Of a stretch of DNA of 64,000 nucleotides, positions 51,827-64,000 are shown piece after piece (the first letter of the stretch is position 1; every line of letters starts with the position of its first letter). The DNA is from the human T2T-CHM13v2.0 reference genome, Homo sapiens, in the NCBI RefSeq assembly GCF_009914755.1, contig NC_060929.1; one strand, written 5' to 3'. Below the pieces are notes generated by a model. That model was not told where the DNA came from and did not search any database. It worked only from the letters and a program-made list of their open reading frames with translations. The position numbers were made by a program, and so were the translations under genes.

Positions 51827-52569
51827 AACATATAGTTACTACCTCTGTGACAGACACTGATCTAGGTGATGAGCCTGCAGCAGTAAACAAAGCAAGGTTC
51901 TCATCTTCACAGAGCTTACAGTCCCATTGGAGCAACCATCAGCAGGTAAGACACAGTAAATTTGAGATGAACAATAAGGAGAAAGAGATAGGGTGGGTGA
52001 TATTTTAGGTAGAATGGTAAGAGAAAACTGAAAAATTAGTTTCAGCTAATATTAGCGACAACAAGCTCTGCACAAAAGGGTCAGAGTTTTTGCCAGAGTT
52101 AACCCTTAGTGTTCTATCTCTGAAATAAAAAGCTCAGAAGTTCTCCTTCTAAGAATGTCAGTGGTGTTAAATTTAAATAGCTCAGTTTGACTTTGATTAT
52201 CCAGCAAGAGTAGAGGCAAAAAAGTGGCCTTTTTTGTTAGGTCGCAGTCAGGAGGTGGGAGGATGTGAACACTTGTCCACGTCAGTACTAGCAGATATGG
52301 CCATCCATATTCTTCACTTTTCCTGAACTCTGAAACTGAAATACATTCATTCATCTAATCCTGCAATACAGAACCCCTGAAAATCACCTATGGATTTATA
52401 ACTTTGCCAAATTTATGCTCATTCAACTTTATTTGGTTCAAAGCTCTACACGTGAACTTTCATATATTCTTGGCACAGCATTTAGGTAAGTGACTTTCTC
52501 TCCCTTCAACTCCACTAAAACTTATTTTCTCCTATAGTATACATATTTTTGTTTTTCATGTGTCTTTTT

Positions 52570-53535
52570 AAATTTTTTAAAATTTATTTTTTAATTGACA
52601 CATAATAATTGTGCATAATTATGGGAAAGAGTGTGATGTTTCAACATAGGTATACGATGTGTAATAATCAAGTTAGGGCAATTAGCATATCCATCATTTC
52701 AGAAATTTATCATTTGTTTGTGGTGAGAGCATTCAAAATTTTCTCTTGTAGCTATTTTGAAATATATGTTATATTAACTATAGTCACCATGCTGTGCAAT
52801 GGAATACTAGAACTTATTTCTCCTATCTAACTGTAACTTTGACCAATTTCTTTCTATACATCTTTTTCCCTCCCCCCGCCACAGCCTCTGCTAACCTCTA
52901 ATCTACTCTCTACTTCTATGGGATCATCTTTTTCAGATACCGCATTTGAGTGCAATCATGAGGTATTTGTCATTCTGTGTCTGGCTTATTTCACTTAACA
53001 TACTGTCCTCCAGGCTCATCCAAGTTGCTACAAATTACAGAATCTCATTCTATTTTATGGCTGAATAGTATTCTACTGTGTATATATACCACATTTTCCT
53101 TGTCCACTCATCTGCTGATGGACACTTAGGTTGATGCCATATCTTGGCTGTTGTACATAGTGCTGCAATAAATATGGGAGTGCAGACATCTCTTTGACAT
53201 ACTGATGTTATTTCCTTTGGATACAGACCCAGCAATGGCATTTTGGGATCATATGGTAGTTCTATTTTTAATATTTTGAGAAACCTTCCTACTCTTGCCT
53301 ATAATGACTGTACTAGTTTACATTCTCACCAACAGCAATATGAATTCCCTTTTCTCCACATCCTTGCCAGCACTTGTTACTTTTTGCTTTTTTGATAATA
53401 GCCATTCTAACTGAGGTGAGATGATATCTCACTGTGTTTGTAATTTACATTACCCTGAAGATTAGTGATGTTGAGCATTTTTTCATGTTCCTGTTGGCCA
53501 TTGTATGTCCCCCTTTTGAGAAATTCTATTCGGAT
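52570..53535 (-). mobile_element. L1MA-class, 3' non-inverted segment
   Basis: ttaattgacacataataattgt...ttaactatagtcaccatgctgtgcaat...tgctgatggacacttaggttg...gatgttgagcattttttcat...ttttgagaaattctattc. Confidence 0.93.
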
Positions 53536-53750
53536 TGTGGGATAAGAACTCAAACACACAGGTTTAGAAGCAAAAATAGATAAATGGGATTACATCAAAA
53601 TAAAAAGATTATTCATAGCAAAGGAAACAATCCACAGCGCAAAGAGACAACTTACAGAATGGGAGAACATATCTATAAACTATGCATCTGACAAGGGGTT
53701 AATATCCAGAATCTATAAGGAACTCAAACAACTCAATCAAATAGAAACAT
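53536..53750 (+). mobile_element. L1 ORF2 segment, inverted 5' part of the same insertion
   Basis: aagcaaaaatagataaatgggattacatcaaa...cagaatgggagaa...catctgacaaggggttaatatccagaatctataaggaactcaaacaactcaa. Confidence 0.9.
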
Positions 53751-53767
53751 AGAATTCACGTGTTTTT

Positions 53768-54080
53768 GTTTTGTTTTGTTTGGTTTTTTTTTTTTTTGTT
53801 TTGTTTTTTTGAGACGGAGTCTCCCTCTGTCGCCCAGGCTGGCGTGCAGTGGTGCGATCTCAGCTCCGCCTCGCGGTTCACGCCATTCTCCTGCCTCAGC
53901 CTCCCGAGTAGCTGGGACTACAGGCACCCGTCACCACGCCCGGTTAGTTTTTTGTATTTTTAGTAGAGACGGGGGTTTCACCGTGTTAGCCAGGATGGTC
54001 TTGATCTCCTGACCTCATGATCCGCCCGCCTCGGCCTCCCGAAGTGCTGGGATTACAGGCGTGAGCCACCGCGCCCAGCC
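53768..54080 (-). mobile_element. AluY with ~12-bp internal deletion
   Basis: cacgccattctcc, ccgtgttagccaggatgg; gatctcagctccgcc lacks the cactgcaag segment; TSD aattcac(g/a)tgt. Confidence 0.95.
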
Positions 54081-54179
54081 CAATTCACATGTATTTTTTT
54101 AAGTAGCTGATAACATGTATTTCTATTTGAAGTAGTAAAAAATACAATGTAAAATTCAGACTAGAGCAGCAATAAATCT

Positions 54180-54720
54180 AGCTTGCCCTTCTGAAAATTC
54201 TTTAATGAGTTCTCATTATTCCTGGGTTAAAGTTCGCACCTCTTACACAGGCATCAATGAAGCTGCTCTTTTTTACACATTCACCACTCCATTGTCATGT
54301 TCTATCAAACTAATGTGGTGCTGGAGGGTGTCAGGAATGCACCCAACATATCTCTGTGCTTTAGCACATAGGGTGATTTCCATTAGGAGCTAATGGTCTC
54401 TCTTTTCCTGTCTGTCTAAATTCAAGCTATTCTTTAATTTACAGATAAGGGAATTCCTCTTGGCCTCTCTGTTTAAGTCAGGAGCTATTTTTTGTGCATT
54501 GACAGCAGTCTGTACATATGTTCCATGATGGCAGACCACAAGCATTGTGACTACTCGTTCTTTAGTTCCCCTCTCCCACCATCAGGCTGAGCATATTATG
54601 CATAGGAACTAGGCCTTGTCAACATGTATCCCTAGCATCTAGCACAGCACCTAACACTTAAGAGGTACACAATAGTTACTGAGTAAATTCAATGGACAAA
54701 TGTCAATGAACAAATATGGT
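54180..54720 (+). mobile_element. L2 relic
   Basis: tgtatccctagcatctagcacagcacctaacac...agaggtacacaatagttactgagtaaat. Confidence 0.7.
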
Positions 54721-54809
54721 TGAATCTTACACATTAAGATTTTATAATGTGTTAAAACGTTAACAACAAAAGCAAAAGCAATTGCCTCAATTCTGATACA
54801 ACAGCCACA

Positions 54810-55090
54810 GAAATTAATTTGGAATATTCACTCAATCTTGGTCAACAATATTTTCTGAGGATAAACTCTGTAACAGACACTATCTTAGGTACTGAGTTGC
54901 AGCTTTGAATAAAAGAAACAAAAAGCCTGCCTTCATAGAGCTCACATTCTAATAATGGGGAGAGGGGAGAAAAACAATAATCAAATAAATTTAAAAGAAT
55001 ATGGTTGATAAGATTTTAAACATTACAGAAGAAAATAATAGAGAAGAGTAATAGGAAATTATAGGGGCAGGTTTGTAATTTTTAATTTAT
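54810..55090 (-). mobile_element. L2 3' relic
   Basis: cagacactatcttaggtactgag...tgaataaaaga...cctgccttcatagagctcacattcta. Confidence 0.7.
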
Positions 55091-55821
55091 ATTATCACAA
55101 TGATGGTAATATAAATTATCCAAAATTTATATCTATATTAATGAAATATATTTCCCTCTATTGTTTATAGATTTTAGCAATAAGAAAGAAATATGGCAGT
55201 TGAGATTAGAAAGGGAGAAAAGTTTAAATAAAGAAGAGAGATGAAATCAATATCCTTGCAATTCAGTTTTGGGAGAGAAGAAAGTTGAACTGACAAATAA
55301 GAAAGTCTTAAGGCTACATTGCTAGAATAAAGAGAACTGAGATGTTACCAGAGAAGTCAGCATTTTCTGATAAGTTTTGAACTTCAGTATGGAGTTATCT
55401 TGGGCAATGCTATATACAAAAACTTCTAGATATTGGGAAGGGAGACTGGAGAAGCAATGAACACCCTGTCCCTCTTAATTGCAAGGAATTAAATATGTCA
55501 GCGATACTTACCTAAATATTTTGCTTTCTAAGACATCCAACTATTCTATGTCCAAAATGGTTATGTAGAAATCAACAATAGATTAAATATACACACAAAA
55601 TTTTATATTATATATTAAATATAATATACATATTTCTCAATTTTGACCTGGTTCAGAATTTTTCATCACCTTCCTGAGATGGGAAAAGCTTCTCAAGAAG
55701 GTTGATCAACATCTGATTCAGGTGAGCTAGGCAGTGAGTCTCATCCTGTGAAACGTCCTCCAGTAGACACTAGTCCACCCATGGCAGCCATGGGGCAGAG
55801 TAGGGGGCAGTGGTGATATGA

Positions 55822-56270
55822 GAGCAGCATTTCTCATCACCAGTAGCATCAACCTCTCTGGCAGGTTGTCAGAAATGCAGAATCTTGAGCCACACTCTAA
55901 AACCTCTAAAAAAGATCCCCAGATAACTTGCGTGCCTGTTCTTAAGGTTTGAGAGTTGCTGGTCTACAGCAGCAGTGTCCAACTGGGGCTACATAATAGA
56001 GTTACCTGGGAAATTTTTTTTTAAATCCCAATAATTAGGCCACATTCTTATATATTCGTTTTTGTCAGAATCAACTGTATATGTCTCAAACTGTGGTTCC
56101 TGGTTTCTTTTCTACAGCTGAAAGAAATCTACCAAAGTTTTGACCTACTAAACCCACTAAGGTTTGACTTGTGAAATCAGCACTCCAGGAATGAGACCCA
56201 GGAATCTACTTCTTTATTTAAGTCACATAGCAGTTGATTCCTATATGTACCAAAATATAAGGTGTGGCTT
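55822..56270. mobile_element. MER5A/MER5B (hAT-Charlie MITE) relics
   Basis: ttgtcagaaatgcagaatcttgagccacac...aagatccccagataa...aaggtttgagagttgctg; gagttacctgggaaa; tgagacccaggaatct. Confidence 0.7.
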
Positions 56271-56299
56271 GGAGGATGAAAAATAATGGATTCCACTGC

Positions 56300-56324
56300 A
56301 AAAAAAAAAAAAAAAAAAAAAAAA
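56300..56324 (+). repeat. Pure A25 tract
   Basis: Direct count. Confidence 0.9.
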
Positions 56325-56553
56325 GAGTTTCTCTATGTTTATTATTTGAATCAATATGCAAAGTATGCAATGGAATACTTTTGCATATATACACTGGTAG
56401 TTGATAACTTTGTCAAAATTTATAATTAGAGGTTTTAAATACCATAGAAAAATATGGATGAATTAGTGAGTGTGAGGAAATAAAAATACTGAGTCTCTCC
56501 AGAGACAGACATTTAGATAGTTATCTTCAAGAGATTTAAAAATATTCTACCAC

Positions 56554-56876
<323 letters not shown>

Positions 56877-56939
56877 CTACCAAATATTCATTATGCTGAT
56901 AATAAAAAAATCATGCAAGATGAATGTTTCTCTTCTAAA

Positions 56940-57175
56940 TAAGCAGTCAGCAAACTTTTTCTGTGAAAGACAAAATAGCCAATATTTTTAGCTTTGCAGG
57001 CTCTACAATCTTTTTCTGTTCTACTATTCAACTCTGGCTTTGTGGCTTGCAATCAGCCATTGACAAGATGGAAATGTATAGCTGTGGCTGTATTCCAACC
57101 AAACTCTATTTACAAAAACAAATCACGGGCTATTTTTCTGGCCCCTGTAATACCAAGTTAGATTGTTGACTACCA
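56940..57175 (+). mobile_element. MER58A (hAT-Charlie) relic
   Basis: gtcagcaaactttttctgtgaaag...tttagctttgcagg...actattcaactctg...tgtggctgtattccaa...ctctatttacaaaaaca. Confidence 0.85.
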
Positions 57176-57534
57176 GTGGTCAAATGGAACTTCTTTTTCA
57201 AGACTTGTTCAATTCCTTTCAATGTACGTAAGAAAGAGTCAAAGTAAAGAATTCAGTTGCTAATTTAGTCCTCATGACAAATAGAATGGTTTCTCTAAAA
57301 TGGCTCCTAAGTTACATTCTTTTAAGAAACATCCACTTCATCTGTGTAAATCCAACAGGACCCCCAAAAATAGTATGCCCCAAAATTCAAAATGTACTTA
57401 TATAAACACAGTGTTATGAAATTGTTCCTGGAAGTTTTGCAAGATCCACGTGTTCATTGTTGCTAAGGAGAAAAAAGATCTCTAATTTTTGCTACTTTAC
57501 AGGTAAGGTGACAGCTAATAATAAGGTTCCCTAT

Positions 57535-57780
57535 TTATAATAACAACTATCATTTTCTGAGGACCTGAGCAATTGTGGATATATCAATTCCCTCCTTTAT
57601 TTCTCAGAACACTACAATAGGATAGGTACTGTGATTGGCTCAATTTTCAATAACATATAAACAAAGTTTAGACACCTTAACTGACTTGTCCAAGGCCACA
57701 GAGCTAGAAAATGCCCTCAGCTGGATTTGAACCAGGTGGTTGAACCTAGAACATGTACAGCCACTAAACATTACTGCCCT
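57535..57780 (-). mobile_element. MIR relic
   Basis: taactgacttgtccaaggccacagagctag...ctggatttgaaccagg. Confidence 0.75.
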
Positions 57781-59489
57781 ATTCATTGTCTACCAGAACT
57801 ATGAACATGTAAGATACTGAGTTAGTTGTAATATTTTCATTTGTAAGGGAAATAGATGTGCTCAATTTGAATGGATTAACAGGACTAAAACTACAGAGAA
57901 AAATGTGAATGTGAAAAATGGGGAAGTCTCACCACTGCATGGTATGCCTGGAATACGATACGGGATATCAACCCAGGATAACACAGTACTTCCTCTGAGA
58001 AGCACTCTTTTCTTCTTGTGCTTAGCTATTAGGGTAATTTAGAAAATGTATCTGTTCTTACTGACCTAAGGCAATTAACCTCTTTTCTTTCTTTTCTACT
58101 GGCCTCATTACTGCAGCTTATTCATGATTTCCACAGACTGTCCTTTTTACGTTTCTCAACTTCTTTTCCTGGCCACTAACTGCTGAGGCTCCACATGGCA
58201 TTTCAAATTTAAGATAACCAAGTCAAATATTTGTTATTTCACACAGAACATTTTTATTGGCATGGTTCTCCTGGAAGGCCACATGGTGGTCATTGGCCAG
58301 TCTAGAGAGGGCTGTCTTAGACCTTGGCACATTCATTTCTCATCAAATCTACTGCGGCCAGTAGAGCCTAGACACATGGTTATATTTTCTTGGTGGAAAC
58401 ACCTATGCATTGTGAACTGTTACCATTACAAGCTCTTCTACAATGTTGTTCTTTATAGATCATATTCATTCTTTTGGAATAGTAATACAGGAGGTAATGT
58501 GTACATATACTTTGTGTTTTCTGTTATTCTTATACACAATTAGGATAAGCCAACCGTTTTCCAACAACCTAGAGAATTGAAAGTACGCTGGTTGGTTGTT
58601 GGAGATTATACACATATATGCCTTGATCATATTTGTAGTCATTGTGGAACCTGTTATTTACAGTATCTGGTACAATGTCATCTCTTTCCAGATTTGGGAA
58701 CATGTTGGAACACAATAAATTATCATATTTTATAACCATACAACCTAACTTCTAGTTACCATCTTAGCACATCCTTGGATATGACAGCTAATCATATTAA
58801 ATTTTCCAGGTCACCTCTAATCTTATAACATCCCTCCCTTCTTGTCACAGGATTAGATCAAATATTAATTGAAAAATATTACCACAATATCAGCATGATT
58901 AGCTACACTAAACCTCTGTGGACATATGGGAAAGTTTATGTAAAGTCAGCATAGCAAATAGGCTGCTGAATATGTAAGTCTGTTTTTTCTGAAGTCTACT
59001 TCCAACATTCAATTCCAACAGTTAGTTTCTCTACCTTTTCTAATATTGTGAATATCTTTCACTATTAACGTGAGTTCCCCTTAACTTCCTTTTAATCGCA
59101 TTTCAATACAATTAACACTGAATTTATACCTCTACATTTTATTTTATTTTATCCTGAGAGTGTGTCAACCTCTCTTCGAAAGATGTATATGTTACAAATA
59201 CTAAATTTCAGTAGAGACTTTGCTTACAGTAGAGTGCTTTTTCTGTCAGTAGTAATCAGAATTAGCTGGAAGCAAAGACTTGCACACTAACCTCTTTCAG
59301 AAACTAAAAGAACAAAGTACATGCTGGTTTCCAATACTGGTGGTGATGGAATTTACAAAATCATTTATTTTGTGTAAACAAGAGTTCACCTGTTCTGAAG
59401 GTCATATGATTACTCTGTACTATCTTAAAAATAGTCTTACAATATTCATGAGTATCATGTCAAGGGCTGGAAACAGTCACCATATATGA

Positions 59490-59650
59490 GGTAACAAAAA
59501 GGTATAGTATAGAGTGTATGAGTTTTAAACACAGCCAGATCTGAATTTGAGTTATAGGTTCATTACTGTGTGCCCTTGGCCCAGTTACATATGCTCTCTC
59601 AGATTCCAGCTTTCCTTCTGGAAAATGAGGGCAAATAACATCCATGTTAA
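59490..59650 (+). mobile_element. MIR relic
   Basis: cagccagatctgaatttgag...ctgtgtgcccttggcccagttac...ctctctcagattccagctttccttctggaaaatgagg. Confidence 0.75.
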
Positions 59651-60099
59651 CATTTCAACTTTCATATGTTTTTATATTTATCATTTATTCATATATAAAA
59701 AGTTTATAACTCAGCTATCTGAGTTGAGGAAGCATGTGAGCTAGATTAGATACTGCCTATCTCTAGTGTCTTTTATTGAACATATTACTTATTGAGGAGC
59801 AAGTTATAGAAGAACTTGAAGCAAGTTTTGTAAAGTTTTAAAAGATTATTTTATTTAAATTTTGAGACTTCCTACTCTAAGTGAGGTTATCCTATGAGAT
59901 GTTTTCCCATCTTACAGAAGAAATAAACTACCCTCAATCAAATGAAAAATGGAATTCAATATAGATTAAGGAGGCAGATGCTAAGTAAAATAAACTGTTA
60001 CTAATTTTCAGTTGAACCCAAGATTTTCTTCATCCTCTTATCAGTATATTGCAAATTCAGACAACTATGACAATGGTAAAACTCCTTTAAGCAATTGCA

Positions 60100-60195
60100 T
60101 TTTTAATTTTTTAAATTAAATTTGTATTTTAAGTTCAGGGGTACATATGGTTGTTTGTTATATAAGTAAACATGTGTATTGGGGATTTGTTGTTT
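60100..60195 (-). mobile_element. L1PA 3' terminal fragment
   Basis: ttttaagttcaggggtacat...gtttgttatataagtaaacatgtgt..tggggatttgttgt. Confidence 0.8.
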
Positions 60196-62120
60196 TTTGA
60201 ATGAGAACTACAATTCCCTCAATTTTTAAACATAGATATTTCATTAGAGAGTAAACGCAACCTTCAATGGACGTACTCTGGTCAGACACTTCAGTGGTCA
60301 ATACATCCAACAAAAAAGTTCATTGGGTCCGATGCCACCATCAATTCTGAAGTTGGCACAAGGATAGAGATGTTTTCAGCGACATGCAAGTTCGCTAGTA
60401 GCAAGTGTGTGTCCCTGTTTGGTTAATGTTGCCTCTTTCTGTTTATCAAGTTGCTTAAAAAAAAAAAAATAAGAAGCCAAAGACCCAGGGACAGCCACTG
60501 TAGTCAACACATTCTTCTCTCAATTATCTTTAATTCTATTGAGAAATCATCTCCCCAGGGAAAAGAGATAGAAGTCTCAGAACAAGAGAAGTAGATAAAA
60601 GTCTTCAGGTTTTAGCTACAAACATACTGGTAGCCAAGTACACATCAGCCTTTGGGAACCTTGAAAATAGTTTACTCCTCTGGAAGAAGCACTAACATCG
60701 ACATCAGCCTGAAAAGCTCTCCAGAGAATTTCAGAATGATAGCCAATTATTAGAAAGTGTTCTGACATCTTTATAAAATGTCCCATCTCAAGAGATCCAT
60801 AGAAGAAAAGGGAAGTCAGCACTTCAGGAAATACGAGTGCTCACTCTGAAAAGCACACTTGAGATACCATTATAAATCTTTATACAAAAGCAGCTAGATA
60901 TTTACATTTTGCTTTAACAATAGAAATTAATTGTTAAAAATCAACCTGTTTCAGTATTATACGTGATATTTTAAATAATGTTTATTTCATTATTTGAAAA
61001 CTTTTATGTCATACAATATCAAGGTAAGTGATTGCTATTCTTCAGTATTTAGCCTGCAGACTGATAGATCACATAATTATAGTGATATAATTATTTAATT
61101 ACTCTTAATTACATAAAAATTTATCATAATATGGAGTAAAACAATCAGGCTATATTTACATGCGCTTAGTAAGGTAGAAAAGAAAAAGTTCAGGTAATTA
61201 AACTTTGGAAAAAAGTTGCTTACAATACCTTTCTAGATATTTTTAACAAGCTTACAAGAAAATGGGTAAAAAAGAATTAATATGGAATGGTTTAATCTGA
61301 ATTACCTGGATAATTGCCCTAAATGATATAGGAAATGTAAGCTTCACTTCAATTCATTATATCTTAATAATAAAAATGAAATAAAACATAAAAAAGATTT
61401 TTTTACAAACACATAATCTCTTATTGAAGAATTCTTTCAAAAACAAGCATTTTAGAAAGCACTTAATTTTCCTTTGCTTTCTTTTTTTATTCATGTCATA
61501 AAATAAATCCACTTCTGTTGAATAAGTACTATAAATTATATGAATGGTACAATAAGTCTTCTAGTTTCATTTTTCTTAATACTTGCATCAGAAACTATAA
61601 CATTTAAGTTTTAAGTTCCAAATGGATACTATTAAAATATTCAGGGATTTAGTCCTAAATCCTTAAACCAAAAGGGAGCTCAGGAATATTGCTAAAGTAG
61701 AAAGCTGCACAAAATCTCAACTCGCATTTGCAAATTTTCTTTCCATCTGATTTAACTTTGAAGTTTTCAGACTCAGATTTTACTATATGACATCAACAAA
61801 TCACTTCAATCAAAACCAATTTACCTTGGCAATGCACAACTCTCCAAATAGATTATTAAAAAGGTAAAATGAGAAATTAACTATCTTTTCATGTTCCCTT
61901 TTATTTTCTCTGGATACAAGGCAGAATGAATGTATTTCAGAAGAAATTGCCCTGAGATATCATTATCTCCAACGCCGTTTTCACTCCAGGAAACTTGCTT
62001 ATAAATTAAGCTTTTCCTGACACAGTCACTTGCTGCAGTGCAGAATGTCAGTTTAGTCAGTTAGAACTTTCAATGCAGAAATTCAGTGCCATGCAGTCAC
62101 CCGGATAAAGCAGCACTTAC

Positions 62121-62266
62121 CTTAATTGAAATTTTCTCTGTGAACAAGGTGAGAAATCCGTCAAATCAACCGTGAATGGGGTGGGGAGATCGAAGTTTTC
62201 AATCAACACCCTCCAAGTAGCTGCATCCTGTGCTCCTTTTCCCTGTTATGTTGAGCTCCTCACTGT
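62121..62266 (-). other. Candidate internal non-coding exon, 146 nt (lncRNA or 5'UTR)
   Basis: Minus strand: cagctgat-gtttttctctccttAG|acagtgagg...ttcaattAAG|GTAAGT. Branch-like CTGAT, good pyrimidine tract, perfect donor, typical exon length; stops in all three frames. Confidence 0.55.
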
Positions 62267-62279
62267 CTAAGGAGAGAAA

Positions 62280-62660
62280 AACATCAGCTGAAATCCTCCG
62301 AGGTTCCCAGTGAGTAAATGAGGACTAAGCGATGTTTCTGAACGGGAGATTCTCCGTGAGCGTGCTCCGTTTGGAGGCTCCCTAACACTCTTGGCAGGTC
62401 CCTGGAGCCAGGCGTTAATCATTGACCTGATTAGCAAGAACGCTCCGGGTGCGCAGGCAACACACGCCGAGGGTTGGTGGGTCTCCCGGGAACTGGAAAA
62501 GGCACCAAGGCCACTTGGGAATCTTGTCTTTTCCAGCCTAATGGATGAACTACAACTATGATTATGATTTGCAAGGAGATTAGCTGCCGTGCTAGCCATC
62601 GCAGGACTTAAACAAATGTGCTTTCTCCTGCTGTTTTTCAAGGTGCCTTCGTGTAAGATA
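62280..62660. promoter_or_regulatory. CpG-retaining unique sequence, candidate regulatory element
   Basis: About 16 CpGs in ~380 bp of non-repeat DNA, far above the window background; HNF1-type palindrome GTTAATCATTGAC at 62414-62426. Confidence 0.5.
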
Positions 62661-63532
62661 TTAGGTACAGTGAAGCAATTAATAGACTGATAGAGCTGAT
62701 TTGTAAGACAAGCTTAAAGCTGAAAAATGTTTAAAGCGATGTGATCAAAGAGATAGCTGCACTTGTCTCTGCCGCTCGCCTGCTACATACTTCAACCTTT
62801 GTCGAACTAAAATGAATTTAAAGGTTTATTACAGCCCTCCAGAGTGCAACTCTCTGAATTTATAAAAAGGAAGTATTCATACTAAATAAGCATATTTGGC
62901 AGATTGCTACAGACACAAGCACTCAAACCACGGCATGAACACAGCCTTGCTTGTGTAGTTTTCCAAACGGCATTTTCAATTAGCATTACACTTGCAAAAA
63001 ATGTTTGCATTGTACCATTAACCAGAGTAACGTAGGAGAATACAGCACTACACCTAACCGAATCATCTCTTTGATTATCTGTTGAAATACTGATTTCCTA
63101 AAACAAAAACAAGCAAGCATATGAGAGGATCGAAAATATCTAACAACTTTTTAAACGTAGCTATGTGCCGTTACCAACCTGCTGGTCCCCATCCGTCATC
63201 CGCTCTTTCTGCCACTGACCACCTTCTCAGCACTTCCTCATCAAGTTCCTAGTTCCCTGAAGAGATCTAACTCTCTGGAAAAGGTCACATAACTGAATGC
63301 CAAAGCCCCAAATGGTTAATTTTTGACAGCTCTCACTTTTGCAGGATAAAATTATGCAAATAACATAAAAAGAACAGATGAAAAAAGTAATTTGCATGTC
63401 TTGAGGGTGAGAAAATTCTCATTGCCAGAGAGAAAGCTGACGACTGTCCTCTCACAATGATCCTGAGTGATATGTTCAGCACTTTTGTTTTTTTCCAGTG
63501 GGTCTCACTTGGGACATATGGCATTTCTTTGA

Positions 63533-63604
63533 TGTGTGTGTGCGTGTGTGTGTGGGTGCGTGTGCTTGCGTGTGTGTGTGAGAAAGAGAGAGAGGAAGAG
63601 CGAG
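63533..63604. repeat. (TG)n followed by (AG)n microsatellite
   Basis: Direct read. Confidence 0.9.
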
Positions 63605-64000
63605 AAGCTATATTTACATTGTGATATTTATATATATCTTAGAAAACCCTCAAATTTCAGTAGGCGAATGCACTAAGTATAAATAATAGAGAATCCGTTT
63701 GCCTTATACATTCCCAAATATATTTTTAAAGTATCTCATTAAAATACAAGCTCTTGGTGAAACTTTTTGGACAAAGTAAAACTTCAGGGTAACTGAATTG
63801 CTGTTACTAAGGCAGGTACTCATCCTACTCTGAAAACGGAGACGGCCCTGCAGAAGCCCCAGGAGATGGGGCTGTAGCCTCCCATGCAGAGGTCTCTTGC
63901 TCCCTCAGCTGGTGGAGGGTGACAGCGGAATGTGAAGAAACCCAGTCAACCACTTCAGGAGAGGGAGAACAATTTTTGCTGCTGTAAAGCAGGAAACCCA

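Noticed and set aside
56300-56324. A25 tract as the tail of a processed pseudogene
   Set aside because: No polyA signal, TSD or mRNA-like body is visible upstream.
56354-56388. 13-bp bulged hairpin, and a 10-bp inverted repeat near 58560-58603
   Set aside because: Short and AT-rich or widely spaced; expected by chance in 64 kb.
60262-60453. Second minus-strand exon (T-rich acceptor at 60454)
   Set aside because: The acceptor is AAG and the only nearby donor (AAG|GTTGCG) is poor; all frames are closed.
62267-62641. 124-aa minus-strand ORF
   Set aside because: TTG start, no recognisable homology, and length explained by local GC richness. Its TAG coincides with the splice acceptor, which fits an intronic reading better.

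Overview
This is AT-rich, CpG-depleted human non-coding DNA, either intergenic or deep intron. The species call rests on an AluYa5 carrying all five diagnostic bases at 41172-41474. Much of the window is recognisable interspersed repeat: 13 Alu copies or fragments, L1 3' ends, L2, MIR, MER5/MER58 DNA-transposon relics, MaLR LTRs, and solo ERV LTRs (HERV-W LTR17, MER41A, a probable MER54), plus microsatellites. I can support no protein-coding gene, tRNA, rRNA or CRISPR array; the ORF track is explained by microsatellites, Alus, LTRs and chance. The best gene-like signal is a 146-nt non-coding exon candidate on the minus strand (62121-62266) inside a repeat-poor, CpG-retaining, motif-rich block at the right end. 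I cannot name the host gene. I found no evidence for a new biological system. The notable items are local: a near-perfect 58-nt hairpin, a perfect 68-bp tandem duplication, a twin-primed L1 whose target site was re-used by an Alu, fold-back repair scars, a divergent LTR pair and candidate enhancers. Repeat subfamily names come from recalled consensus sequences, and boundaries of old repeats are approximate (tens of bp) unless TSDs are quoted.
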